A stretch of DNA of 64,000 nt from Octopus bimaculoides (taxonomy: Eukaryota), in NCBI RefSeq assembly GCF_001194135.2, contig NC_068990.1, positions 25,659,512-25,723,511 on the forward strand, in the 5' to 3' direction. Under the pieces are notes generated by a model. It did not search any database and was not told the DNA's origin. It saw only the letters and a list, made by a program, of their open reading frames with translations. The translations under genes and the position numbers were made by a program. Shown here in pieces: positions 13,136-26,399 of this stretch (position 1 is the stretch's first letter; every line of letters starts with the position of its first letter).

Positions 13136-13667
13136 GGACTGTGTTAAGTAGTCTCAATCTGTGATTGGTCTCTCTCCTAGAGATAATTTTGGTATTTAAT
13201 ATACCATTATTCATCTTTGTTGTTGAAATAGATGGTTACTATGTGTTATTTCTCTTAGGTTGTTCTCTTATGTAAATAACCTAAGCTATAAATGTCTCTT
13301 TTCTTTGTATGTGTGTGTGTGTATATATATATCCCTCCATACTTTTAATCTATCTACTGACACAAAACCGTCCCACTCAGTACTGCTCCCCGCTCCCCCT
13401 TGAGGAGTTTTTGTCTTGCAAGGTACTTTGTGACTCTGTTGGTGCTGGCGCCATGTAAAAAGCACCCAGTCCACTCTGTAAAGTGTTTTAGTAATAGGAA
13501 GGTCATCCAGGTGTAGAAACCATGCCAAAACAGACAATGGAGCTTGGTGTAGCTCCTGGTCTTGCCAGTTCCTGTCAAACTGCCCAACCCATGCCAGCAT
13601 GGAAAATGGATATTAAATGATGATGACTAAGTGACTAGTTCTGCTGGGGTGGGGGGTCAAAGTCAGA

Positions 13668-13719
13668 CAACTGCTGTGCTGATGACACTTATTGAGGTTG
13701 AAACATATCACTGCTGTTG
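13668..13719 (+). ncRNA. Decayed type I hammerhead-like motif
   Basis: CAACTGCTGTG-CTGATGA-CACTT-ATTG-AGGTT-GAAA-CATAT-CACTGCTGTTG. Stem I pairs 9 of 11 (two U-U), stem II has 4 bp, and the stem III/cleavage triplet is not canonical. Confidence 0.4.
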
Positions 13720-14607
13720 AATTGTACCCATGTAATCTGTCTGTCTTTTCCTTAGTGAAATGTTAATTTCAGAGAATTATTGAGATTATTTCCTCTTTTT
13801 ATTTGTAATTGTTCATAATTCCTACGAAGTGATTGTTTTACCTTTTTTGGATAATTTCGATAAATCTTGTATGTTATTTAATACACCTTTGTCCTTGTTA
13901 TTCAAATGCATGCCACTGGCCATCACTCTATTTCTCTTAATTTTCATTTATGTGTATGTGTCCCAGAATGTATGTGTGCTTATGTGTTTTTATACACACA
14001 TACACACATTACATCACATGATCATGTGATTGACCAGACTATTGGATGTTGTTATGCATCACTAGTCACAATGCACTTCGCATTGTTTTAGCTTCCAAAT
14101 GATGCCAACCCTCTGGCCAAGCAAGCAGCCCCCCCCCTCGATCGGGAGGTTAGTCTGTTACAGGGTGACCCGCTTGCAGCTGAGTAGACTGGAGCAACAT
14201 GAAATGAGATGTTTTGCTCAACAACACAGCTGGTCTGGGAATTGAAACACAAGCACGAGTGCTACACACTTAACCACTAAGCCACATGCCTTCACCCCCC
14301 ACCCCCCACCATGTCATTTTTAATTGACTTGGATTTGGGATTGAGAGTTTCATGCAATCCACTTATCAAACTAACTTGAAAATCACGAATTCACTCTCTA
14401 TGAAGTGTTGAATTACAATTGTTTTCCAGAATGTTCAATCTAAAATTAATATTGGAGAGTCATGTGATTATCAATAAATTTCCAAGTCTTTGTGTTTACC
14501 AAAGGCAGAGGAAAGAGGAAATTAGAATAAAATTATAACGTGTAAGGAGATCAGACAATATGAACAAACATATGAGAATATATGCAAAAACAATACAAAT
14601 ATGTATA

Positions 14608-14645
<38 letters not shown>

Positions 14646-15239
14646 TAAAATGTATATACAAATATCACATACATATATAAATGTGTGTGTGTGTGTGTGT
14701 GTGTGGTTAGGGTGTTTAACTCTTGATCATAATGTTGTGAGTTTAATACCTCAGCTAGATGGTACGTTGTATCCTTGTGCAAGGCACTGAACCCATCAAT
14801 GCCCATGGTCCTTTTCTTTAGGACCAGAAGGATAATCCACATTTCTGCAACACCTGTATTTTTCTAAGATATTAGTTAGTCATCAAGACAGAGGGTCTCT
14901 TTCAAACATGGTAATAAATTTTTTTAAAATATATTCAGTATCAGATAAAGTTGTATACAAAAAGATTTTTGTTAATAAATCAAATAAAAACATTTGGGTA
15001 CTAATGGGTTAATTTCCATACCAGTGGGAAAATGGAGGTTAAGTGCTGCTGCTGGTATATATGTATAAGTACAGTAGACAACACAAACGTGAGCATTTGC
15101 TCTATACACAAATGCATGTATATATATGTGTGTGTGTGTGTAATAAGTATGTACAAACATACCCATGTCCATACATAAACATATTGGTCATAAGCACATT
15201 TACAAATACATTTAAAAAAAATATTCACATTTATTCATG

Positions 15240-15240
<1 letters not shown>

Positions 15241-15313
<73 letters not shown>
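15241..15313. repeat. (CA)n microsatellite, one of many (AT)n, (CA)n and (CT)n arrays
   Basis: Direct reading. Other long arrays include (CT)n ~33020-33120 and ~44970-45050, (ATT)n ~54865-54925, (AT)n ~58626-58690 and ~59326-59419, and (ATCT)n ~17175-17210. Confidence 0.95.
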
Positions 15314-15316
<3 letters not shown>

Positions 15317-16393
15317 TATCATCATCACCATTTGCTGCCTGGCTTCCATATTGGCATGAATGAGATAGTCTGACAGGATCTGATGAGTTGAAGGACTGTG
15401 TCATTCTCCAATGTCTACTTTGACTTGGCTTCTGTGCCTGAATGTCCTTCCACCCTGTATATCTACCCATCTGTTGCTCTCTCACCCACACTCTTGTAAC
15501 CTTACCCATCCTTCCAAATTCTTCTGTCTCTACACTCTCTTCTGCTCTTCTTCTTGGACATGTTAGTTTGAGGGTACATTATGGCACCTCGTCACCAACA
15601 TATTTGCTTATCACTACAGCCACCTCTACCAACCCATGTAAAACGCAAGGAAGCCATGAATCCCCACCTGAACAGCAAAGTAAATCTTTTCCTGCTTCTC
15701 TCATCATTTATTAAATCCTTAACGCATTGCATAAAGTGATTACCCCAATCTCCTATTCTCTCTTAACTTTGCAAATTACAAGTCGAACTTATTAGTGTTG
15801 TTATCACGAAAAAACAAACGCTTAGTACATTCTGTAAAGAGATTGGCATTAGGAGGTGCATCTAGTCGTAGAAACCATGTAAAAACAGATACTGGAGCAC
15901 GACGTGGTACTTCAACTTGTTGGATCTTGTCAAAACGTCCAGTCCATGCCAGCACGGAAAGCAGACGTGAAAATGATATATTTATACGTAACATTAAACA
16001 CAAACGGACATATAGTCATAATGCACGCACGCGCACTAACATATTATATATCACTCGCGCATTTGTGTGTAAAAAATTCGTAGTGTTTCGTTCGTATAGC
16101 GTACTTTTTTTTGTACGTTATAGTCCGCTGCTGGCGTCCAAGATACTTTTTGCCCGTAAACTCTTAATCTATTAGCATTGTGGATTATCCTATTATTAAT
16201 AAATAAATTCCCAGCAAAACACCTCGCAGTCTTTTTTCAACCTTTTCCAATCCCGGATTCAAATTTGGTAGCAGTTTGCTCCTTCCGTATCGAGAAAATA
16301 AATCCGTATCACAGATATATTAAAATTTCAAACAATCTACTTTTCTCTCTTATTTTTATGACCTTGTGACAGCAACAGATATTCGTCGCATTG

Positions 16394-16437
<44 letters not shown>

Positions 16438-17172
16438 ATTTTTTGGGGGTGGTGCTGTTTTTAAATATTATTTAGTTATGTATGTATTACAACTTTTACT
16501 TTCGTCTTTTTCTAGATTTCTGTTAGTTGAGAATTCTTTAAAAAAAATGTCTCTATCGCCGTCTAATGTTAGAAACTGGGTTGGGTCTGTGTATCTGTTT
16601 CTCCCTCTCTTTGTCAACTAAAACAAACACATACACAGAGGCTTTGTCTCCTCTCTTTCTCTCTCAGAGGCTTTGCCTCCTCTCTTTCTCTCTCAGAGGC
16701 TTTGCCTCTCTCTCTTTCTCACTGCCCTCTTCCCCTCTCTCTCTTTGTCTCACTCTCAAACTCGCAATGTCTTTCTCACCCCCTTCTCTCTTTGTCTGAC
16801 ATACAAATTCTTTCTCGCTTCTCTCTCTCTGTCTCCCTCTCTCTCACTAACACGAGGTTTTTTTTTACCCTCCCTCTCAAACACTCTTTTTCACCTCCTC
16901 TCCATCTCACACACTTTTTATCACTCTTTTGCTCTGGTGCTCTGTCTGTCTCTCTCTCACTCCTTCTTTCCCAGTCACACATACGCTCCCTCACTCCCTC
17001 TCCGTCTCCTCTTCCAGCCCTTCATCTCTCAATGTAAATAACTCCTGTGTTGCTGTCACCTGGTCCACTGACAAATGCTGTTCGGTTGCAGTTTGTTTGT
17101 CGCCTGACCTAGGGCTAAAGAGAATTTGGTGGGACGCAACAAATCTCCCTGCAATATATCTTCCATCTACCC

Positions 17173-17213
<41 letters not shown>

Positions 17214-20200
17214 ACACACATACATAAAAAAACGCACAATCACACGCATGCACTCTTACAGATACGCATATCAGCTCTCTCTCTTTCTCACACACACACA
17301 CACACTCTTTTACACACCCACATACACAGAAACCAGTAACTACGCCAAAGCCTAGGTTATTGGCCTTCGTTCTTCCTTCGTCACACCTGGTTATTGTTGT
17401 TGTTATTACGTAAACAAGGACGGTAATTGAGACACAACAGCAGCGAACTTAATGCAACACCGTATTTCGTTTCGTGTTGGGATTGAATGAATATTCGACC
17501 AATATATTCGTTTTGTCTTACTTTCAATAAAAATAAACACCGATGATGTTAACTGTCCTATCGATGTCTCACCTTTGTAACTCCTTATGATTAATAACAA
17601 GATATTATTGTCGTCATTTCACTTGAAGGAAAGTGAAGAAGAGGGAAGTGCTGTCTCCCAGCAATTTTGTTGAAAGAAGAGTGAATGGAGCAAGAATGGT
17701 TCTAATGAACGGGGGCCTACTCTAAGCATGCGGCTGTAGACGATGTAGAGAGAGTACTTGCCCTAACGGTCAGGGCCTCTGTGATTTTGTGGGGTTTCTG
17801 CGAGCAGCCTTAGAAAATCTTCCTCTTTTGGGGAATTATTCACTGTTAACACGCCTTTTTATGTAACCCCACATTATACTGTCCTGTACCGTCCACAATG
17901 TTTTTCGCGAACACTTAGTGGTTAAAGCAAACATTATTGTTAAAAAGGTAGGTTGGCTAAATGATTAGAGCGTCGGCAAAAATGTGTTGTGGTATTTCTC
18001 CGGCTCTTTACGTTCTGAGTTCAAATCACTCGAAATCAATTTAGTCTTTCATCTTTTGGGGGTCGATAAAATTCTAGTCAAGTACTGAGGTCGATGGCAT
18101 CCACTAAATCCCTTCCACCTCCGTCAGAATTGCTGGCCTTGCGTTGCCTAAATCAGAAGCAGTTGTTATGTAATCTCGGCAGTGGATTGGCACAGTCGCT
18201 AGAGGTGTTGGATGAAATATCTTGCAATGTTTGTTCTAGCTCTTTTACATTGAGTTCAAATCCCACTATGGCTGTGTGTGTGTGTATTGCACAGGTTGTT
18301 GGATCAATGTAGCACCACATCACTAGCCAATCACAAGACAAATATCTGAAACCATAGAATCTATAGGACTTCGTCACTCCTACATCAACATATCACACCA
18401 CTCACCGCTCCATGTGTTTATTATATGTTGTTTCAATATAATATATTTGTATGGTTATTTACAATGTGTTAGTTTAAAAAAACGCAGTGTGTCCTCATTT
18501 AATCTTTGTCTTTCGTACGGTCATGGGTTGGAGTGTTTGACAGGATCCAACGAATCTGAAGACCACATCTTGCTCGTGTCTCAGTTTTGGCCTGGTTTCT
18601 ACAAATGAACGTCATTCCTAACATCAGAGCCACTTCACACAATGTACTTGATGGATGCTTTTATAGTACAAGCACAAGAGAGGCCATTATGTAACTCATA
18701 AGACAAATGAGCTCCTCTTAACTGGTTGAGAGTATAATAGAGTGCGAGATAGCTTTGTACTAGGTTTAGAGGACTGAAAATACGTTAGAAGGGATGGGAA
18801 CAAGTTTGTTGTAGAGGTGATACATAACAACATTGGCATTTTGTAAGATCAAGTCGGAGTAATCGGGATAGTGCTAGAGGTCTAGTGGTCAGGATGTTGC
18901 TCTCACGATTGCTAAATTGTGGGTTTCATTCCTGGACTGAGCATTGTGTTGTGCTTTTGAGCAAAACACTTCATTTCACGTTGCTGTAGTGGGGGGGGGG
19001 CGCATTAGAGCGGCAGAGTTGTTGGCTCATCAGGTATAGTGTAAAGCATTTATGCTGATGCATCAACAATTCTGCCACTTTCTCACCTGCTAGAGCAACT
19101 TGAAATGAAGTGTTTTGCTCAAGAACTCAATACACTGCCTGGTCGAGGAATTGAACTCGTGATATAATGATCATGAGTGCAATACCCAAACCACTGGATC
19201 ATATACCTTCATATTTGATAGCATACAAGCTATTTTTTACTAAGTATAAATCATCCCAGGTCCTATATGCATGATTGCTTTTTTATCCTTTAGCATTCAG
19301 ATTTCTCTGTCAAATGTAATGCTTATTTATTCACATTGATTTGAATTTATCATGCATTATCTTGAAGCTTTGAAATTTCAATGACGTGATTGTTTATTTT
19401 TAGAATAATATTGTAGAACGGCCGGATCTGGCCAGTTTGAAGGTAAAACAGGTAGATTATTTTGGCCAGATATGGCTGGTTTAAATGCTAAAGGGTTAAC
19501 TATTACATGCTTTAGTTCACTAAAAGTAGTTTTTCCTCATATGTGCTGTTGAAATTGGGGCACATCTAATATGCCTGCGCATGTTTTATTTTATCAAATA
19601 CAGCATCTGTCAAATATTAATCAGTTGTACTTGCCCTCATATTTGAGGGCTTGTTCTTTAGGCCCTGACCTTCTGTTGGAAATATATATAGAATAAGTCA
19701 TAAGATTAGTGACAGTTGGCAAGCACCTACACAGTGCCAGACTAAATACCTTTTCTTTGTTTTTTTCCCTTTGTCAAGAAGTTTCTTTTTAATTTCTAGT
19801 TTTTTTTTACTGTTTTTCGTCCTTTCAGATTTTATAATTCTTTGGCTTAATCCATTTGAGTGGTAGGGTGAAGGCATATGGCTTAGTGGTTAAGATGTTT
19901 GGCTCATGGTTATAGGTTTGATTCCCATTGGTATGTTGTGTCCTTGAGCAAGACACTTTATATTTCACATTGCTTCACTCCACTCAGCTGGATGAGTAAT
20001 ACCTGTATTTCAACGGGCCAGTCTTGTCATATTCTGAATTTCCCTAAAAACTATACTAAGGGTACACACGTCTGTGGAGTGCTGTTATTGAATCTCTGTA
20101 GTTTGGAAGTTTGCTTTGCAGATTCGGTAAGAGGAAGAATTCTTCCTGTTACTGAATCATATCAGTCTTGAGTCTTACGATTTATAATGTTGGTGACTGA

Positions 20201-21109
20201 CATTATAACATCCCTCCTTGAATCGGATATCAGTCCATCATAAAGCTAACTTCTCACCTATTGCTGGAACTCATTTACAACTGTGTGGAATGAAGCAACG
20301 TGAAGTAAACTGTTTTACTCAAGAACACGTCACCTGGTCTCGGAATCAAAACCACGGTCTTACCGCCATGAGTACAACACCTTCGTCACCCAAAAGCCGA
20401 AATACTGACAGTTTGACAATGTCCAGGTGGATGTATCAAATAGATACGAGTGTGCCATTCCCTCCCCGCCTCCAAAATTTCTTTTGATTCCTATTTTTAA
20501 AAACATGCTGGTCTAATTAATTACCTCTTCCCTCCAAATTTTAAAACTTCTGAAAATCATTTTTTGGGTCGGTGGGGGAAGGAGATTCTGCGTTTAAAAA
20601 CGGAAATTCTAATACTGTAAAAAAAATTTAATTTTCAAAATTTTCATTCCAGTGTCACCCCCAGTATTCAATGCTAATTGCTTACGCTAATTTTCCCCTG
20701 CTTTCAAAACCAAATGTCGCTAGACAAATTCCTGTAGTTTCCACCATATTGTAGAAACATCAACTTCGTATCTGTATTGGACGGAATACAACTTGCTTTG
20801 TATACATATACGTCGCCCCGTTTAACACCCAACTGGTACTTTCCGTGCCTTTAGCGGACTCCACACTATAGAAGGAATTGGGCCAGGGTCTCTGGTTTGA
20901 AGATTTCTTCCTTCCAGTTTTAGAGGCCCTTTAAAGGGTCAAAGGCACCGACTTTTTTATTGACTAAAACGATAAAAACAAACAAAAACGAAAGACAAAT
21001 CGTATTCTGTACACGTGTATCAGTGTCATGTGTGTGTGTGTGTTGAGAGAGAGAGTGTGCATGTTTTGTTGCCATGTCTGGATGTGCATTTGTGTATCGC
21101 CATGTTATT

Positions 21110-21154
<45 letters not shown>

Positions 21155-21979
21155 CTGATGTGTGTATTTATTTGCCCGGCAAAATTAGGCATGATGGTTC
21201 CATGTATGTCTGCGTCGATTTTATGTAAGTGTATGTATTACACCCCNNNNNNNNNNCCCCCACACACACACACACAGAGCTTGTGTGTGTATGTTTATAT
21301 AAATATCTGACACTTGTGATATCTACAGATTGGTGCCCCTCTCACTTTGTTTCCTCGAAATTTTTTATTTATTTCCTAATAAAACTTTACAGAAAAACAT
21401 TTTCGAGGATGTAGATTACGAGTATGCTGATAAAATTTGAGAAAGAAAAAAAATTCGGATGAGTTTCAGCCAGTTCTCTCCCTACTCTCACCCCAACTTT
21501 ATCTTCATCAATTTTCGTTAGCGTTTTTTGCTTGTTTTTTTCTTCTTTTTCTTTCGGATTTGTGTTTGAAATATCAACATATCATTATCTGTACTTTCGA
21601 AAACGGATTTCTACGAAATGTAATTTAAAAACACATTTTAGAAAGAGATATAAGGAAACAAAGTTAGGAAGGAGCGAGAATGATCCTAAACTTTTTCAAA
21701 AAAGTATTTTCATGTTGTAAATATAGCCATACTTGATAGCATAATAGCATATCTCTGCAAAATTTCATAAAAAAAAAAAAGCATTTTTCGGTAAGTTACG
21801 AAGAATCAAAGTTGGTAGGGCATCAATCTGTAGTTATGCCCTAACTTTTGTTAGGTCACTTCTTGACATTGATATCAACATTGTAGGTGTGTACTCCTGT
21901 GTGTGTGTGTGTGTATGTATGTGTGTATGTGTGTGCATGTGTGTATATTTGTGTATACCTGTGTGTGTGTGTGTGTGTG

Positions 21980-22022
<43 letters not shown>

Positions 22023-22993
22023 NNNNNNNNNNNNNNNNNNNNNNNNNNNNNNNNNNNNNNNNNNNNNNNNNNNNNNNNNNNNNNNNNNNNNNNNNNNNNN
22101 NNNNNNNNNNNNNNNNNNNNNNNNNNNNNNNNNNNNNNNNNNNNNNNNNNNNNNNNNNNNNNNNNNNNNNNNNNNNNNNNNNNNNNNNNNNNNNNNNNNN
22201 NNNNNNNNNNNNNNNNNNNNNNNNNNNNNNNNNNNNNNNNNNNNNNNNNNNNNNNNNNNNNNNNNNNNNNNNNNNNNNNNNNNNNNNNNNNNNNNNNNNN
22301 NNNNNNNNNNNNNNNNNNNNNNNNNNNNNNNNNNNNNNNNNNNNNNNNNNNNNNNNNNNNNNNNNNNNNNNNNNNNNNNNNNNNNNNNNNNNNNNNNNNN
22401 NNNNNNNNNNNNNNNNNNNNNNNNNNNNNNNNNNNNNNNNNNNNNNNNNNNNNNNNNNNNNNNNNNNNNNNNNNNNNNNNNNNNNNNNNNNNNNNNNNNN
22501 NNNNNNNNNNNNNNNNNNNNNNNNNNNNNNNNNNNNNNNNNNNNNNNNNNNNNNNNNNNNNNNNNNNNNNNNNNNNNNNNNNNNNNNNNNNNNNNNNNNN
22601 NNNNNNNNNNNNNNNNNNNNNNNNNNNNNNNNNNNNNNNNNNNNNNNNNNNNNNNNNNNNNNNNNNNNNNNNNNNNNNNNNNNNNNNNNNNNNNNNNNNN
22701 NNNNNNNNNNNNNNNNNNNNNNNNNNNNNNNNNNNNNNNNNNNNNNNNNNNNNNNNNNNNNNNNNNNNNNNNNNNNNNNNNNNNNNNNNNNNNNNNNNNN
22801 NNNNNNNNNNNNNNNNNNNNNNNNNNNNNNNNNNNNNNNNNNNNNNNNNNNNNNNNNNNNNNNNNNNNNNNNNNNNNNNNNNNNNNNNNNNNNNNNNNNN
22901 NNNNNNNNNNNNNNNNNNNNNNNNNNNNNNNNNNNNNNNNNNNNNNNNNNNNNNNNNNNNNNNNNNNNNNNNNNNNNNNNNNNNNNNNNNNNN

Positions 22994-23203
22994 ATGTTTG
23001 TGCACACGTTTGAATGTGGTGTGTGCCAGAGGGTTTGCAAATCCAATGGGGGTCTTAAAAGACATGTTAGGATCCACAATGAGCAGAACTTACTTGCAGG
23101 TATTGGTAGTGCAAATCAGAGGTGCAATCTGTGTGGGTGTTTTTTCAAAACACTGTCTGATTTAAAAAGCCACATCAGACGCCATGAAAGGGCTAAGGTG
23201 TAG
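22994..23203 (+). mobile_element. Two C2H2 zinc fingers, probably the C-terminus of an RTE LINE ORF2 whose body lies in the N gap
   Basis: FECGVCQRVCKSNGGLKRHVRIH...CNLCGCFFKTLSDLKSHIRRHERAKV*. No TGEKP linker. Finger 1 resembles the terminal finger of the RTE fragment at 56.6 kb (CNVCSRVCLSRAGLISHQR). Followed by a short UTR-like stretch and (TA)n. Confidence 0.6.
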
Positions 23204-23247
23204 GTGCAGGAGGTGGTCAAACTCTGTTTAAGGAGTAGACAACCACC

Positions 23248-23289
<42 letters not shown>

Positions 23290-23887
23290 CTGTAAAAATA
23301 TTTGACACTTAATATATAAATATATCCACACACACATACACACAAATCATTGTCTTCCTATTCTAGTCTGTAAACTCATTGTATGGTATACATTGTCGAT
23401 TCCGTTACATCGCATATCTGATAATTTCATAACTTTTTATAAAGCACTCGAAATTGTTGCTGGTTAATTACAGATGCTAATAACGTTAATTTTAATTAAT
23501 TACATGCATTTCATTCTATCGATTTTTTTCAATGAATGACAAAAAGTTATCAGGTGTATCATAAAAATTGAACATTATATCTGATGTTATAAGAATAAAG
23601 CGATTCTGGAAGTATCTGTTTTCACGACATGTTAAAAGGACGAGACATAAAGGAGCCTCGACATGGTCAAAGAATTTGCTAGAAACAGTAGCCAAATCAC
23701 ACCCTACTGCCTAAAAAAGGAAGGACATGTTGAACAATGTTGTCCTGGGTGTCTAAAAAGACGGAATGGTCTAAACTAGATTGTCTCTGCTTCATAAATC
23801 TGGTCGATCAGAGCTGATTTGAGACTTAATGAATAAACAACAGGTGTTATTTGGCAATACCTGCACAAGTGTGAGCCACTGTTTATT

Positions 23888-24270
23888 CTTTAATTGTTTG
23901 TCCTTTGACTGCGGTCATGCTGGAGCATCACCTTTAGTCGAACAATTCGACCCCAGGACTTATTCTTTGTAAATCTAGTACTTATTTTATTGGTGTCTTT
24001 TGCCGAACCGCTAAGTTACGGGAACATAAACACACCAACATCGGTTGTCAAACGATGGTGGTGGTGGGGACAAACAGACACACACACACACACACACACA
24101 CTCACCCATATACAACGGGCTTCTTTCAGTTTCCGTCTACCAAATCCACTCACAAGGCTTTGGTCAGCCTGAAGCTATAGTAGAAGACACTTGCCTAAGA
24201 TGCCACGCAGTGGGCCTGAACCCGGAGCCATGTGGTTGGGAAGCAAGGTATTTACCACACTGCCACGCCT
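23888..24270 (-). mobile_element. tRNA/CORE-like SINE family A, full-length copy
   Basis: Reverse complement closely matches 52481-52890. Confidence 0.85.
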
Positions 24271-24385
24271 TCATAACTTTCTGGAAAATTGGTATTTTTT
24301 ACAGAAATTTTGTACAAACATCTTTCGGATGGTGTAGAGTACGATTATATCGGAAGCGTAAAAAAAAGTGGGCGCGCGTGCGCGA

Positions 24386-24431
<46 letters not shown>

Positions 24432-24860
24432 ATGTCTGTTACATAGCTTTACATACATATCATAACTTGACAATATGTGGACTGGGAGCCCTGTTGACAG
24501 ACCGTTAATATTCATAGTACGGGGACACAAACACACCAACACTGGTTGTCAAGCGGTGGTGGGCGAACAACCACACACACATTTTAAATGATTGATACCG
24601 AAGACAGAGTGTACTGGAAGCTTTATTTAGGACAATGATCGTTTCTGCTTGCTTCTGCACTACTCTCTATTGGGTAGGGAACGATATAATGGAATCGAAT
24701 GCGCCCCACAGTGCAGAAGAAACCTCATCAGGTGACATGTATATGATGGACTTACACATGGCCACGCCTGCGCCTGTAATCTACACCATCAGAATGGTAT
24801 TTGTAGAAAATTTCACTAAAATATCAATTTTTCTGAAAGTTATGAGGAAACAAAGTCGGT
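24271..24860. mobile_element. MITE-like element with long imperfect inverted repeats
   Basis: 24271-24338 (TCATAACTTTCTGGAAAATTGG...GGATGGTGTAGA) is an imperfect reverse complement of 24780-24846 (TCTACACCATC...TTTCTGAAAGTTATGA). Confidence 0.6.
24630..24736 (-). ncRNA. Decayed type I hammerhead-like motif with a long stem II
   Basis: Minus strand AC-CUGAUGA-G-GUUU-CUUCUGCACU-(48 nt)-AGUGCAGAAG-C-AAGC-A-GAAA-CGAUCA-UU-GU. Stem III ACGAUCAU is one change from the palindrome ACGAUCGU. Stem I has only 2 bp. AATAAA follows within ~10 nt. Confidence 0.5.
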
Positions 24861-26399
24861 GGGAGGGGGGAGACGTCACACTTGTGTACGTATGCCATGC
24901 CGCAACCTTTATTTTTACTACTTCACTGATTTTGAAGATTATGAGTGTAATACTATTTTTCTATACATCAGTTTTAATTATTGATAAATATTTTTGAAAC
25001 AAACGACGCATCTATGCTATCTCGTTGCTTTAACTTAGTATCGATTACATTAACCGGTGATTAATTAATTAATCCCGTAACTTTTTTTTATTTAAATGAT
25101 TCAAATTTGTTTTGTTTTTTTATCTAGTAGTTTAAAGTGTGAAAGTTTTTGTCGGGACGTTTTGAGTTAACCTTGGATAATTTGAAGACTGAATATAAAT
25201 TAGAAAACTTCATGTCACATTCGTTCAGGTTTTAAGGATGTTTGAGGGTAGGAGCTATTATTTCTAAAACTCCTAATTATAACGTGGGCTTAATTGAATA
25301 ATGGGGGCAATATATATTATAATAACTTTGAACGCGCGCTAGCTGTATATATTTTGCAGAATAGTTTACGATTAAAAATTGAAATGCTTTTCGTTTATGA
25401 AAATGAACCGGGATGGCGGGTAGGAAGACAGACTGAACATGGTTGCAGGCCAGATCTGGTCCACGGGCCACCTGTTTGACATCCTTGTCTTAAAGGGAGA
25501 AGTCAGAATGATTGTCATGCCGACATATATATTTGGTGGTGGTTCATGAGAGGAAGCCTATTAAATATCAAGAGCTATTGGAATAGTGTAGTAACAGAAC
25601 TAGCAAGTACATTGCTAGGTAACTGAAGTGGGTTGCCTGTTTTTTTAAATTTTTTAGCGTTTATTCTGCAAAGCTCTGACTCGGCTTGGAGTTCCTGCTG
25701 CAGCAAAAAGCGGGACCATGATTCCCATTACTGAATTTGTAGAGATGACCATTAAGTAGCTTTGGATAAAGAGGGCAGACAATTGGTTTGCTGCTGCTGG
25801 GATGAAAGCTGTGACTCGATCAGTTGAATGAGGAGGAGGCCTGATGTTGAAAGAACTGAAACCCCTAAGGCCCCCAGAAACATCACTGGTAATGCATCCT
25901 AGAGCATCCATGAAATGTATCTTGGCGCTATATATATATATATAAATTAGATTGTACTGGGTGGAACATAATTACGTGTATACAAAGCGTAAAAACAATT
26001 GTTAGATCATAATTTACAATTGTGCTTCTCTTGTTTCGCCTGCAGCAGTTGTCGAATGTTGTTTGATTATTAAAAAAGTAAAAATGTAACTAAATAAAAT
26101 ATAAGCTGGATCGTTTAAGAATCGATATTTGGAATGTGAAAGTTGGACACTTTCTGTTCGTTAATGCTTTTATTAATTGAAAACTTTCGGTTTTTTTTTA
26201 TTATTACAGTTCGATAAACATAAATTTAATTTTTTTTTTTTAATTATGTTCTTGAATTTTGTGTTTGATAAATGAATACTATCAATCTCGGTAATGGTTT
26301 TGAATGCTACAGAAATGTGTTGCAATTTCTAGAATCATTTTATTTCGTACGTGATCATTTTCTTTCGATTTTTCGAAACGTAATGACTCTATGACGATT

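Noticed and set aside
21856-23165. Long ORFs in the track spanning N runs (also ~4389-4811, 31827-32289, 44111-44659, 55221-55791, 56664-57498)
   Set aside because: Artefacts of translating assembly gaps and (AT)n/(GT)n repeats.
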